Below are positions 49,176 through 59,711 of a stretch of 60,298 nt of DNA, piece after piece (the stretch's first letter is position 1; every line of letters starts with the position of its first letter). This DNA is from Candidatus Caccenecus avistercoris (GTDB taxonomy: Bacteria; Bacillota_I; Bacilli_A; RF39; UBA660): NCBI GenBank assembly GCA_018716965.1, contig DVJF01000002.1, positions 1 to 60,298 on the forward strand. The letters are read 5' to 3'. Under the pieces are notes generated by a model, which was not told the DNA's origin, did not search any database, and saw nothing but the letters and a program-made list of their open reading frames with translations. A program made the translations under genes and the position numbers.

Positions 49176-49251
49176 TGGCTGCCCTAGTAGGATTCGAACC
49201 TACGAAATTACGGGGTCAGAGCCCGCTGCCTTACCGCTTGGCCATAGGGCA
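49176..49251 (-). tRNA. tRNA-Gln (anticodon CUG)
   Basis: TGCCCTATGGCCAAGCGGTAAGGCAGCGGGCTCTGACCCCGTAATTTCGTAGGTTCGAATCCTACTAGGGCAGCCA. Anticodon loop CTCTGAC, T-loop GTTCGAATC. A hairpin with a U-run follows. Confidence 0.9.
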
Positions 49252-49258
49252 ATGAGTA

Positions 49259-50098
49259 TTATATAAGCATAACTTTAGGCTTATATAATTGATCATCTTT
49301 TTGATATATTGCTACTTCTTTTTGTTTGTAGGTAAGTAAAATATTTGATTCCATTACTGGTAATTCTATTTTATTACCATTACTTACCTTTTTATATTCT
49401 AAATCATTTAATTTATATTCTTTTATATCTAAAGCATCTTTAATATGAAGAATTTTAAAATTATTGTTTTTAATATCTTCTAGGGAATTAGCCTCTTCTA
49501 TTTTAAAGTCTCCTTGTTTTATTCTCGTTAAATTATTCATTACACCAAGAACATGCAACTCTTTTGTAATATCTCTAATTAAACTTCTAATATATGTTCC
49601 CTTTTCTACTTTACAGTGGAAAGTAATAATATCTTTATAAAAAGATAATAATTCTAACTCATAAATATGAACTTTTTTAATAGGTAGAGTTACTTCTTCA
49701 CCTCTTCTTGCATATTCATATAGTTTTTTACCATTTACTTTAATGGCACTATATTTAGGTACTTCCATTATGTATTCTCCTATAAACCTAGAAAATACTT
49801 TTAAAATATCTTGTTTAGTAGTCGTAGCACTGCTACTATCTAATATATTACCAGTAATATCTAGGGTATCAGTAGTTATTCCAAGTTTGATTTCAGCGAT
49901 ATATTCTTTATCCTCTGAAGTCAGTAAATCTACTAATTTAGTATATTTACCTACACATAAGACTAATACTCCGGTTGCTAGGGGGTCTAGAGTTCCGGTG
50001 TGCCCTACTTTCTTTTCTTTTAGTACCTTAGATGCAATATTTACGATATCTCTAGAAGTATACCCAATTGGTTTATCAACAACAATTATTCCAGACAT
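49259..50098 (-). CDS. truB: tRNA pseudouridine(55) synthase
   Basis: GIIVVDKP...GHTGTLDPLATGVL. Confidence 0.93.
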   Translation of the reverse strand: MSGIIVVDKPIGYTSRDIVNIASKVLKEKKVGHTGTLDPLATGVLVLCVGKYTKLVDLLTSEDKEYIAEIKLGITTDTLDITGNILDSSSATTTKQDILKVFSRFIGEYIMEVPKYSAIKVNGKKLYEYARRGEEVTLPIKKVHIYELELLSFYKDIITFHCKVEKGTYIRSLIRDITKELHVLGVMNNLTRIKQGDFKIEEANSLEDIKNNNFKILHIKDALDIKEYKLNDLEYKKVSNGNKIELPVMESNILLTYKQKEVAIYQKDDQLYKPKVMLI

Positions 50099-50457
50099 AA
50101 ATCCTTATTTGTTTTCTCAAATTTAAATGTATTAAAAAGGTCTTGGTAAATTGGTTCAAAATCTTTTTCTTCGTTATAGTAAACAGCATTTTCTAGAATT
50201 ACTTTTTTTAATAAATGACTAATTAAAGGCTGTAATAATTCCTTGTTTTTTAAGTAGGCTATATCTTCAATAATAGTTTTATTATTTATAATAGATACAG
50301 CAACAAAACCTAGAAAAGAATTTTGATAATATAGTTTATGAATATGACAATTATTTAAAAGAGATAAATCTTTGTTAGGATATTTTTTTTGGATTAAAGA
50401 AGCTTCTTTGGAAGTAATATTACTAGTTATTATTTCTAATTTTTTCATATTAATCAT
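50086..50457 (-). CDS. hypothetical small protein between rbfA and truB
   Basis: ORF coupled to both neighbours. It could be a GNAT-like fold, but that is unverified. Confidence 0.6.
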   Translation of the reverse strand: MINMKKLEIITSNITSKEASLIQKKYPNKDLSLLNNCHIHKLYYQNSFLGFVAVSIINNKTIIEDIAYLKNKELLQPLISHLLKKVILENAVYYNEEKDFEPIYQDLFNTFKFEKTNKDLCLE

Positions 50458-50794
50458 GTTCCTTTATTTCTTTAATAATATTTTCAATATTTGCTGCATA
50501 ATCGATGGATTCGTCATATACAAATTCTAATATCGGAGTATGACGTAAGTCTAGTCTTTCAGCTAATTCAGCTCTAATAAAAGAACTTGCTTCATTTACT
50601 TCTTTAACTAATGTTTTTCTATCAAGGTTACTTAAGGATGTAAAGTAAACTTTGGCATAACTTAAATCTTTCGATACTTTACATCCCGTTATTGTAATGG
50701 ATTTTAATATTTCATCTTTGGCTTCTTCAAAAATGATTTCACTTATTACTCTAGCAATATCACTAGATATTTTAGCAATTTTATGACTAGGCAT
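50450..50794 (-). CDS. rbfA: ribosome-binding factor A
   Basis: RVISEIIFEE...ITGCKVSKDLSYAKVYF...LRHTPILEFVYDES. Confidence 0.9.
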   Translation of the reverse strand: MPSHKIAKISSDIARVISEIIFEEAKDEILKSITITGCKVSKDLSYAKVYFTSLSNLDRKTLVKEVNEASSFIRAELAERLDLRHTPILEFVYDESIDYAANIENIIKEIKEHD

Positions 50795-52889
50795 TACGTA
50801 CCTCCACCATTTCAAAGCATTCTAATATATCTCCTACTTTAATATCACTAAAATTATCTAGAGTAATACCACATTCGTAGCCTTTCTTCACTTCTTTAAC
50901 ACTATCTTTTTCTCTTTGAATAGAATTTATTTTACCATTATATACAACTATACCATCACGAATTAATCTAACATTAGCATTGTTTTTTATTACTCCATCT
51001 GTAACATAAGAACCGGCAATATTACCAACTTTGGAAAATTTAAATATTTTTCTAATTTCGGCTGTACCTAAAACATGTTCTTCAAATTCCGGATCTAACA
51101 TACCTTTCATAGCAAGTTCTATTTCTTCAATGCATTTATAAATAATTGTATAAAGACGAATATCTACATTGTATTCTTTGGCTATTTCTTTAGTTATATT
51201 AGATGGACTAACATTAAAACCTATAATAATAGCATTCGAAGCATTAGCTAAAACTACATCGCTTTCCGTAATTGTTCCAATACCAGAACGAATCACATTG
51301 ATTTTAACACCTTCAACATTAATTTTTAAAAGACTATTTTTTACAGCTTCTTCTGAACCACGAACATCTGCTTTTAGGATGACATTAATTTCTTTTTGTC
51401 CACTATTAATCTTGTTAAATAAATCATCTAGAGAAATAACATCTTTTTTATACTTATTTTCTTTAGCGTGTAAAGCTCTTTTTTCGGCGATTTCTTTGGC
51501 TTCATGTTCTGTTTCAAAAGCCATAAACTTATCACCGGCACTTGGATTTTCTGATAAGCCGGTAATTTCTACTGGCAGTCCTGGAGGAGCTTCCAAAATA
51601 GATTCGCCACGATCGTTTTTCATTGTTCTAACTTTTCCATACGTAGTACCAACAACAATTGGGTCTCCGAGTCTTAGAGTTCCATTTAATATAAGTAAAC
51701 TAGCTATGCCACCGACATTTTTGTCTTGACGAGATTCAATAACTGAACCAACCGCATATCTTTTCGGATTGGCTTTTAATTCAGACATTTCACTAATCGC
51801 TAGTATTGTTTCTAATAGTTTATCTACGCCAACTCCTGTTTGAGCAGAAATATCGATAAATGGTACATTTCCACCCCACTCTTCAGGAGTAATATTAATC
51901 TCGGCCATTTCCGTTCTAATACGCTCTGGATTAGCATTTGGTTTATCAATTTTGTTTACAGCAACAATAATAGGGACTTTAGCACTTAAAGCATGTTCTA
52001 CAGCTTCTTTGGTTTGTGGCATAACCCCATCATCAGCAGCCACAATTATAATAACAATATCCGTTACGCTTGCTCCTCTAGCACGCATTTCTGTGAATGC
52101 GGCATGGCCCGGTGTATCTATAAATGTTATTTTGTTACCATTTGTCTCTATTTGATAAGCTCCAATATGTTGGGTAATACCACCAAATTCTCCTTCAGCT
52201 ACATGAGAATCTCTAATATAATCTAGTAATGTTGTTTTTCCATGATCAACATGGCCCATAATTGTTACAATTGGAGGACGTGGTACTAAATCAGCCTCAT
52301 CATCAACAATTTCATATTCTTCAAAATTTGATACATCTTGAGTTTCTTCTCTTTTTAAAGTTTTATTGTATTCTAAAGCTACAATTTCGGCATTTTCAAA
52401 ATCAATTGCTTGATTTAGGTTTATCATTAAACCTAAAGTCATTAATTTTTTAATGATATCCGTTCCACTAACATTAAGCTCTCTAGCTAAATCGCCAACA
52501 CTCATACCATCTTTAAAAATAATGACATTGTCATCTTTGCTATTTTTCATCAGCTTATTTTTGTTTTTATACATTTCCTTTTTTAGATGACTATAATCTT
52601 TCGTTTCTTGATCTTTTTTCTTTTTAAGTTTTTGTTTTTTGTCAGTAATATTAATGTTTTTCGTCATATTACTACTTTCAACAATGGCATCTACTACTTC
52701 ATCAATTGTTTCTTCTTCTTCAAACGATTCATCTTCCGTAATTAGATTAATGGCATTATCAAGAGAGATAATTTCTTCATCTGTTAATTCATCATCGCCA
52801 CTTTTTACTTCAATGCCTAAATCATCACACTTCTTTAAAATTTCTGCTACACTTAAATTTACATCTGTTGCATATTCTTTAACAGTCAT
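50787..52889 (-). CDS. infB: translation initiation factor IF-2
   Basis: G domain [20 protein letters not shown], and NKID. Confidence 0.97.
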   Translation of the reverse strand: MTVKEYATDVNLSVAEILKKCDDLGIEVKSGDDELTDEEIISLDNAINLITEDESFEEEETIDEVVDAIVESSNMTKNINITDKKQKLKKKKDQETKDYSHLKKEMYKNKNKLMKNSKDDNVIIFKDGMSVGDLARELNVSGTDIIKKLMTLGLMINLNQAIDFENAEIVALEYNKTLKREETQDVSNFEEYEIVDDEADLVPRPPIVTIMGHVDHGKTTLLDYIRDSHVAEGEFGGITQHIGAYQIETNGNKITFIDTPGHAAFTEMRARGASVTDIVIIIVAADDGVMPQTKEAVEHALSAKVPIIVAVNKIDKPNANPERIRTEMAEINITPEEWGGNVPFIDISAQTGVGVDKLLETILAISEMSELKANPKRYAVGSVIESRQDKNVGGIASLLILNGTLRLGDPIVVGTTYGKVRTMKNDRGESILEAPPGLPVEITGLSENPSAGDKFMAFETEHEAKEIAEKRALHAKENKYKKDVISLDDLFNKINSGQKEINVILKADVRGSEEAVKNSLLKINVEGVKINVIRSGIGTITESDVVLANASNAIIIGFNVSPSNITKEIAKEYNVDIRLYTIIYKCIEEIELAMKGMLDPEFEEHVLGTAEIRKIFKFSKVGNIAGSYVTDGVIKNNANVRLIRDGIVVYNGKINSIQREKDSVKEVKKGYECGITLDNFSDIKVGDILECFEMVEVRNA

Positions 52890-52905
52890 AGTAACATCTC
52901 CTTTC

Positions 52906-53172
52906 TTATTTACACAAATTTATGGCTTCTTCATAAACACTAATTGGTACTTCTACTTCTAATACTCTTTCTAATATTTTACTTTTCTCTGCTTTTTTTA
53001 TAACTTCAATATCTTTTTTTAAGTATGCTCCTCTACCGTTTGCCTTACCTGTTGGATCAATAATAACGCTTCCATCTGGTGTTCTAACTATTCGAAGTAA
53101 ATCTCTTTTTTCACACTTTTCTTTCGTTATGACGCACGTACGCATTGGAATTTTTTTTGCTTTCATACTCAA
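52906..53172 (-). CDS. ylxR: YlxR/RnpM (DUF448) RNA-binding protein
   Basis: PMRTCVITKEKCEKRDLLRIV...GRGAYL. Confidence 0.88.
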   Translation of the reverse strand: MSMKAKKIPMRTCVITKEKCEKRDLLRIVRTPDGSVIIDPTGKANGRGAYLKKDIEVIKKAEKSKILERVLEVEVPISVYEEAINLCK

Positions 53173-53657
53173 CTCTTCCTTTTTTCCCTTGATTCATTTG
53201 CTACAAACTCTTTAATATATCTCCGTAATTCTTGAATATCCATATTAGGATCTTGCATATAAAGACTGTCCATATATTCTTCAATACTTTTTATTACTTC
53301 TTCTAATCGTTCATCATAATCATGATAATAAGAAGATAACTTTATGGCTTCTCTAGCTCCTTTTTCATCGCAATTATAGACATTAAAATATTTTCCACAA
53401 CATAGGCAATAAAAGTTTTCCGCATCATAAGATTTAGGACTAACATCATATCGTAATAATAATTCATGATTACAACTTTTTCTTAAAGTTAATTTATTTT
53501 CTTCTTCTTTTATTTTTTCACGATATTTACGATAAATTTGACCCGTAATATTCATGATCTCTTCATCTCTTTGATTTTTTAAAAAATAAATTTTTTGATA
53601 AACTTCTTCTTCTTCATGTTTTTTGGTAGTCATTGCTATTATTTGTTGTAAGTTCAT
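53169..53657 (-). CDS. hypothetical Cys-containing protein inserted between nusA and ylxR
   Basis: 162 aa, with CNHE...CLCCGK, a possible zinc ribbon. Translationally coupled to ylxR. Confidence 0.7.
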   Translation of the reverse strand: MNLQQIIAMTTKKHEEEEVYQKIYFLKNQRDEEIMNITGQIYRKYREKIKEEENKLTLRKSCNHELLLRYDVSPKSYDAENFYCLCCGKYFNVYNCDEKGAREAIKLSSYYHDYDERLEEVIKSIEEYMDSLYMQDPNMDIQELRRYIKEFVANESREKRKS

Positions 53658-53704
53658 AATTCCTCCCGTAAAAAGCTTATCACACTAGTTAGAAAATATT
53701 CTTT

Positions 53705-54817
53705 TTATTTATTACCTTCGGCATTAATTTGTTCCATGGTCTTAACATTTATTTTATATTTAGTTAGACGGCTAGCTAGACGGATATTGTTTCCAGCCTT
53801 ACCAATTGCTAGAGGTAATTCTTCATTGGATACAACTGCTAAAGCTTCTTTTTTGACAGGATCAGTAATGTTTACAATAGCATTCTTTGCTGGTGTTAAA
53901 GCTTTCTTGATATATTCTTCAGCGTCATCACTGTATAAAACAAAATCTAACTTTTCCCCATTTAATTCCTTTAAAATACTTCCTAGTCTTGAACCACGCT
54001 CTCCAATACAAGTACCAATAGCATCAATACGATCATTCGTCGAAGAAACAGCTACTTTACTACGAATACCTGCTTCTCTAACACACGCATGCATTATTAA
54101 TGTTCCATCTTGTAATTCAGGTATTTCAAGTTCACATAATCTTCTTACAAAGCCATAATGCTTACGAGATAGTAAGATTAGTGGTCCCTTTGAATTTGTT
54201 TCTATTTTTGTTACATAAACACGGATATTACTACCCATTTTAATTGTTTCTCCTGGAATAATTTCACTTTTAGGTAAAATTCCTCTAGTTCTTCCTAAAT
54301 CTATGAAATAGTTTTTGGAATCCTCCATAGCAACAAGACCAAGTAGCATTTCTCCTTCTTTATCTTGAAATTCTTCTATTAAACTATTTTTTTCAGCTTC
54401 TCTAATTCTTTGTGTTAATACTTGTTTAGCTGTAGATGCGGCTACACGACCAAAATCTTTCGGAGTTACTTCTTTTTCAATGGTCTCTCCTACTTTAATT
54501 CCAGGTACCATTTCTTCTGCTTGCTCTAAAATAATTTGGGCATCTGGATTTATTTTAGGAGGTATTTTTACAATATTGCCCTCTTCGTCTGTTTCTTCAG
54601 ACCCATAATCTACATCATCTACTACTACTAAATAAGAATAAACTTTTATTTCACCAGTTTCACGATTAATGTCAACTCTAACATTGGTTTTGGAATCAAA
54701 GTTTTTCTTATAAGCTGTCGTTAAGGCTTGTTCCATGCCTTCAAATACAACATCTTCACTAATGCCTTTTTCTTTCACAATATTTTTAACTGCTTTAATA
54801 AATTCTTCACTATTCAT
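53705..54817 (-). CDS. nusA: transcription termination/antitermination factor NusA
   Basis: N-terminal domain, S1 and two KH segments (GERGSRL..., LAIGKAGNNIRLASRLT). Confidence 0.95.
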   Translation of the reverse strand: MNSEEFIKAVKNIVKEKGISEDVVFEGMEQALTTAYKKNFDSKTNVRVDINRETGEIKVYSYLVVVDDVDYGSEETDEEGNIVKIPPKINPDAQIILEQAEEMVPGIKVGETIEKEVTPKDFGRVAASTAKQVLTQRIREAEKNSLIEEFQDKEGEMLLGLVAMEDSKNYFIDLGRTRGILPKSEIIPGETIKMGSNIRVYVTKIETNSKGPLILLSRKHYGFVRRLCELEIPELQDGTLIMHACVREAGIRSKVAVSSTNDRIDAIGTCIGERGSRLGSILKELNGEKLDFVLYSDDAEEYIKKALTPAKNAIVNITDPVKKEALAVVSNEELPLAIGKAGNNIRLASRLTKYKINVKTMEQINAEGNK

Positions 54818-55076
54818 AATCTTTCCCTCTTTCTTTGCTTGTTACATCTAAAATGTAGGAATCATCTGTAAAATCATAATCATCCACAATGGGATTAATA
54901 ATATTAGTAGCATCTACAATGGTATCTAAATCAATGCCACCAACTTTATCAAGAACAACGGATAGAACATTATAGTTTCCACTATTCTTCTCATAAGTAA
55001 CGCTATCTACAATGATTTCTTTTGCTTCTAAAGCTTCTTTAATTAATTTTTCTAATTCTTCTAGACTTTTTTTCAT
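54810..55076 (-). CDS. short RimP-like protein (N-terminal domain only)
   Basis: Sits immediately upstream of nusA. At 88 aa it is short for a RimP, which I recall as about 150 aa, and it lacks the C-terminal Sm-like part. Confidence 0.55.
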   Translation of the reverse strand: MKKSLEELEKLIKEALEAKEIIVDSVTYEKNSGNYNVLSVVLDKVGGIDLDTIVDATNIINPIVDDYDFTDDSYILDVTSKERGKDYE

Positions 55077-55101
55077 ACACACCTCTTTAAAATAATAATA
55101 A

Positions 55102-55125
55102 AAGTGGGAATAATTATGCCCACTT
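55102..55125 (-). promoter_or_regulatory. leader hairpin between the promoter and the rimP-like start
   Basis: Stem aagtggg/cccactt followed by a U-rich tract on the minus strand. It lies downstream of the promoter at 55141..55168. Confidence 0.5.
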
Positions 55126-55140
55126 AAATCTGTCTATTTA

Positions 55141-55168
55141 ATTATAACACAAAATATTAATTTGTCAA
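55141..55168 (-). promoter_or_regulatory. sigma-A promoter of the rimP-nusA-infB operon
   Basis: On the minus strand: TTGACA, a 16-nt spacer, then TGtTATAAT. Confidence 0.65.
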
Positions 55169-55202
55169 AATTATTTTATAAAACTGTTCAAAAAGAAGAA
55201 AA

Positions 55203-57719
55203 CTAGATGTTTTCCTCTCTTAAAGCGTCTAAAATATTTTCTTTTTTTACTCTTCTAGCTGAATACCACATAGCAATTAGCACTATTATAAATACACCAA
55301 TGATACTTACAAGTAGACTTTCCCATGGAATAATGATACTGGTATCAAAGACATTCGTTAAGCTTAAACTAATAAGTACATTTATTCCAATCGATACTGG
55401 TATTCCATAAATTAAAGATTTAAGACCAAAGAATAAACTTTCCAAGAATAGTATTTTATTAAATCCTCGTGGAGTTAACCCTACACTTCTAAGCATTGCA
55501 AATTCTTTTCTTCTTAAATTAATATTCGTACTAATTGTATTAAAGACACTAGTAACACCAATTAAAGTAACGAGTGTAATAAAACCATAGAAAAGAATTT
55601 TTATAGCTAAAACCATATTTTTTGTATTAGCATACTCTATCGCTGGACTAGAAATAGAATAACTAGAATTTAAACTAATTTTTCCATCTTTTATATCTTG
55701 ATTGATCTCTTGATATTCAGAAGTAAATAAAGCAAGTCTCGCAAAATAATCATCTGTATCATTAAATAATTCCTGATAAGTAGATAAAGATATAACTAAA
55801 ATAGGAACTGGTGTATATAAAGTATTTTTAAGTCCAGCAATATCCTTATTCGTAACTTCTGTTTGTAGGTTAAAAGAATGATTATCATCTAAAACTTGTA
55901 AAGTATAATTAGAGCTATTAAATAAGTCAATATCGCGAACTGTTCTACTACTATCACCATAAATCGTAAAATATTTAGAATTAATAAGTAAACTATCAGC
56001 ATTCGTAATTTCTCTATAATCCTCATCACTTAATACATAATAATTAAAAACAAGTCCATCCTCTTCCACAATATCTTGATATCCTAAATTATGATATTCT
56101 AAAGTAAAATCATTTTCACTTAAATTAGTAACCCGAATAGCTCCATAATTCATAATTTCTAAAGAATGATCAATATCATAAGTACGAAGAATCTCTTCCA
56201 TATCATCTTCTACTTGCAAAAGACTTCCCGATAAATCTATTCCAATATCATAATCATAGTAATCAACTGCATCACTTGCTTTTGTTACATAACCTAAATA
56301 AGAAGTAAAAGTATTAAACATAACGATACTGATAAATAAAGATATAACGGTAATACGATATTTCTTTTTATTTCTTTTAATATTCTTAAAAGCAATATCT
56401 CCTTCTATTCCAAATAATTTTCTAATAAATTTCGGAGTTTTAACTTCTTTTTTAGATATTTTAATATCATCATTTCCTCTTATCGCTTCAATCGGTGTTA
56501 TTTTACTACTTCTCTTCGCTGGTAAATAAGCTGAAATAAAAATAACTAAAACCATAAATATAAGAGGAATAACTAAATAGAGTAAGTTAACATGAAAAAC
56601 AAACTCAATATCAATAAAATCGTAAAGCAAATGATTTAATATTAATATAACTACATATATACCTACAAAAGCTCCAACAACACCAATTACAATACCAATA
56701 ATACCAACAAGAAAAGCTTCAAATAATACGGTTTTAAGAATTTGCTTCCCCGTTGCTCCAACTGATGCATAAAGCCCAAAGCTTTTCTTCCTTTCCATAG
56801 TAGATATGGCAAAAGAATTATAAATAACAATAATACAGCCTACCGAAATAACAGTAAGAGCAATTAAAATAAGTGGTAAGTAAGTACTATTAATATTATC
56901 ATACTGACTAACTCCATAAAAATACAAAAGTTGGGAATTGTAATTAGAAGACAAATCTTCTAAATTTAGATTATTTATGATATCTTCCGTATACTCATAA
57001 GTTTTTGAAGGATTTTTATACTCTAAATAAATATTATAAAGATTATGATTATTGGAATCTTTGCTAAAAGCCATATACCCTGCTGCACTATAATCCTCAT
57101 AAAAAGTTCGCTCTACAATACCTACAATAGTATAAGTCTTACTCATCGTAACACGAAGTTCTTCTGGTTGGAAAGTAGTTGTATCTTCCTCCCAAGACGA
57201 AGCAAGGCCATAATTATGGCTAATTTCCATTTCTTCTCCATCGAGCTTACGAGTACCAATATCAAGAGTAATTGTATCACCTACTTGATAATGAAGTCCA
57301 CCATCGCTATTTACATGTTCACTAATAACAAGCTCATTACTATTTTTGGGCAATCTTCCCTGAATTAAAGTAAGAGTATCTAAAAAATTATTACTAGCTT
57401 CACTAACATAAAGGTAAGGTTTATAATCATTAGTACTATTAATTTTAGCAAATCCCAAAGGTGCAAAATAATAAGAAGAACTTAAATTAATATTATTTTC
57501 TATTATTTCTAAATCTTGATGGTTGATACCTTCAATCATTGCTTGATAGCTACCCCTACTTTTTTCTACATCAAGACGCATTGATTCCAAATAGGATGAA
57601 ACAAGAAGCCCTATTCCAACCATTAAAGCAGTTGATAAAACAATACCAATAATAGTGACTAGAGTTCTTTTTTTATTCATAAGTAAGTGTTTGATAGTTA
57701 GTTTATTAAGAATTTGCAT
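55203..57719 (-). CDS. FtsX-family ABC transporter permease with two FtsX domains
   Basis: 838 aa. TM clusters at the N-terminus, the middle and the C-terminus, with large loops between them. Coupled to the ATPase. Confidence 0.88.
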   Translation of the reverse strand: MQILNKLTIKHLLMNKKRTLVTIIGIVLSTALMVGIGLLVSSYLESMRLDVEKSRGSYQAMIEGINHQDLEIIENNINLSSSYYFAPLGFAKINSTNDYKPYLYVSEASNNFLDTLTLIQGRLPKNSNELVISEHVNSDGGLHYQVGDTITLDIGTRKLDGEEMEISHNYGLASSWEEDTTTFQPEELRVTMSKTYTIVGIVERTFYEDYSAAGYMAFSKDSNNHNLYNIYLEYKNPSKTYEYTEDIINNLNLEDLSSNYNSQLLYFYGVSQYDNINSTYLPLILIALTVISVGCIIVIYNSFAISTMERKKSFGLYASVGATGKQILKTVLFEAFLVGIIGIVIGVVGAFVGIYVVILILNHLLYDFIDIEFVFHVNLLYLVIPLIFMVLVIFISAYLPAKRSSKITPIEAIRGNDDIKISKKEVKTPKFIRKLFGIEGDIAFKNIKRNKKKYRITVISLFISIVMFNTFTSYLGYVTKASDAVDYYDYDIGIDLSGSLLQVEDDMEEILRTYDIDHSLEIMNYGAIRVTNLSENDFTLEYHNLGYQDIVEEDGLVFNYYVLSDEDYREITNADSLLINSKYFTIYGDSSRTVRDIDLFNSSNYTLQVLDDNHSFNLQTEVTNKDIAGLKNTLYTPVPILVISLSTYQELFNDTDDYFARLALFTSEYQEINQDIKDGKISLNSSYSISSPAIEYANTKNMVLAIKILFYGFITLVTLIGVTSVFNTISTNINLRRKEFAMLRSVGLTPRGFNKILFLESLFFGLKSLIYGIPVSIGINVLISLSLTNVFDTSIIIPWESLLVSIIGVFIIVLIAMWYSARRVKKENILDALREENI

Positions 57720-58404
57720 GTTCCTCACCTACTAATTCATCACTTATAATTTTTCCATCTTCAAGAGTAATAATTCTATTGGCATGTAAGGCCAGTTCTT
57801 TATCATGTGTAATCATAATAATCGTTTGATGATACTTTTCATTGGATACTTTTAACAACTCCAAAATTTCCCTACTTGCTTTACTATCCAAATTACCGGT
57901 AGGTTCATCAGCAAGCAACAAAGCTGGATGATTCATTAAAGCTCTACCAATTGATACTCTTTGCTGTTGTCCACCAGAAAGTTCATTTGGTAAATGATTC
58001 ACTCTATCTTCTAAACCCAAAGTATGAATTAAATCATTTAAATATTTTATATCTGGCTTTTTACCATCAAGTAAAACGGGCAAAGTAATATTTTCTTTAA
58101 CATTCAAAATAGGAAGTAAATTATAAAATTGATATATTAGACCTACTTCTCTTCTTCTAAATATAGCTAAATTGTTTTCGTTTAGCTTATATACATCTTT
58201 ACCATTTAAATAAACATGGCCACTTGTTGGACGGTCTACTCCACCTAAGATATGTAAGAGTGTGGATTTACCTGAACCGCTTGCTCCAACTATAGCAACA
58301 AATTCACCCTTATTTACGGTAAAATTAACATTGTCGAGTGCTTTTACAGGTATACCACCAGTATCATATGTTTTACATAAGTTTTCTACTTTTAATATTT
58401 CCAT
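57706..58404 (-). CDS. ABC transporter ATP-binding protein (MacB/BceA-like)
   Basis: GASGSGKST, LSGGQQQR, and LLLADEPTGNLD. SD ggagga. Confidence 0.93.
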   Translation of the reverse strand: MEILKVENLCKTYDTGGIPVKALDNVNFTVNKGEFVAIVGASGSGKSTLLHILGGVDRPTSGHVYLNGKDVYKLNENNLAIFRRREVGLIYQFYNLLPILNVKENITLPVLLDGKKPDIKYLNDLIHTLGLEDRVNHLPNELSGGQQQRVSIGRALMNHPALLLADEPTGNLDSKASREILELLKVSNEKYHQTIIMITHDKELALHANRIITLEDGKIISDELVGEEHANS

Positions 58405-58461
58405 ATTTTTTTCCTCCAATATCATTATATAAAAAAATTATGACTATAGCGTGACTTTTTC

Positions 58462-58477
58462 ATGACAATTTAGTCAC
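58462..58477. promoter_or_regulatory. inverted repeat resembling a BceR-type response-regulator operator
   Basis: On the minus strand GTGAC-taaatt-GTCAT lies about 35-50 nt upstream of a TATAGT/-10-like element and the ABC ATPase start. The B. subtilis BceR box has a similar TGTGAC-N6-GTCACA form. Confidence 0.45.
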
Positions 58478-58526
58478 TTTTAGATATACAAATAGCAGAT
58501 GAATTTATCTGCTATTTTACCATAAG

Positions 58527-59711
58527 TTAATAATTTCTTTTAATGAATATTATTTTAAATGTTGTATATTTTCCAACAACACTGTCTACTTCGATTTTTC
58601 CATTATGTTTTTCAACAATAATTCTAGCCATATTTAGACCTATTCCCATACTATTTTTGGATGAGCTAGTACTATAAAAACGCTTAAAAATATTTTTAAT
58701 GTCATGTCTAGAAATACCTGGGCCATTATCTGTTATTTCAATCATTTTATATACTGGATTATCATCACCCGTAATCGTAATACAGCCTTTTTCCAAAACA
58801 TGCTCACTAGCATTTTTTAAAATATTAGTTAGAGCTTCCCGCATCCAAGAAATATCACAAACAAGATTGAAGTCTAGATGTTTTTTTATTACTGTGACCT
58901 TTTTTAATTCTAGAGGAATAAGTAAGGAAGATAGAGACATATCTATTAAATCTTCTGCTTTAATTTTTTCTTTTTTAAGTTTGACTTGTCCACTATCTAG
59001 TTTGCTTAATTTTAAAAGAGTTGTAATAAGCCATTCCATTTTTTCTAATTCTTTGGTTTCTTTTGATAGGAAATCTTTTCTTTCAGTTGGTGTTAAATCA
59101 TTATTTACTAAGATATCATTTGTAATCATTAAAGCCGTTAAAGGTGTTTTTAATTGATGAGAAATATCTTCTAGGGTGTTCATAAGAAACTGTTGTTCTT
59201 TTTGTTCATAGGAACTTAATTCTTTTAATTTAATTGTTACTTTGTAAATATCATTTTTTAAAACACTTAACTCATTTTCGTTATATTCAGCTATATTAAG
59301 TTCATATTTATCATTTAAAATATCTTGTAAATATTCATTAATAATTTTAATTTCTTTTTTTATTTTTCGACTGTGAAGATAGTAAATGAATAGCCATAAA
59401 AGAATAATTATTAGAAATGCGCTAGTTATGAGAATAATAAGTTCTATTCGAAAATTTTTATAAGAACTTATATTTTTCATTGTACTTTCTTTTATCCCAT
59501 ATTTATTTAAAATATTGGGAGCATTGTTGTCATCTACTAAACTTTCTATTAACTCAAGTTCTTTATTCGAATCAATATTTTCTAAAGAATAAACCATATT
59601 ATTTAAAGTATTATAAATATAACTATCATAAAGTTTTAAGAGAATAACATTTAGTAAAATAATTAAGATGATACTGCTTATTATAAAAAATATAATTTTT
59701 TTATTTTTCAT
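58527..59711 (-). CDS. sensor histidine kinase (two TM helices, short loop, intramembrane-sensing type)
   Basis: H-box EDISHQLKTPLT, N-box NILKNASEH, and G-boxes DNGPGI and GIGLNMA. Confidence 0.9.
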   Translation of the reverse strand: MKNKKIIFFIISSIILIILLNVILLKLYDSYIYNTLNNMVYSLENIDSNKELELIESLVDDNNAPNILNKYGIKESTMKNISSYKNFRIELIILITSAFLIIILLWLFIYYLHSRKIKKEIKIINEYLQDILNDKYELNIAEYNENELSVLKNDIYKVTIKLKELSSYEQKEQQFLMNTLEDISHQLKTPLTALMITNDILVNNDLTPTERKDFLSKETKELEKMEWLITTLLKLSKLDSGQVKLKKEKIKAEDLIDMSLSSLLIPLELKKVTVIKKHLDFNLVCDISWMREALTNILKNASEHVLEKGCITITGDDNPVYKMIEITDNGPGISRHDIKNIFKRFYSTSSSKNSMGIGLNMARIIVEKHNGKIEVDSVVGKYTTFKIIFIKRNY

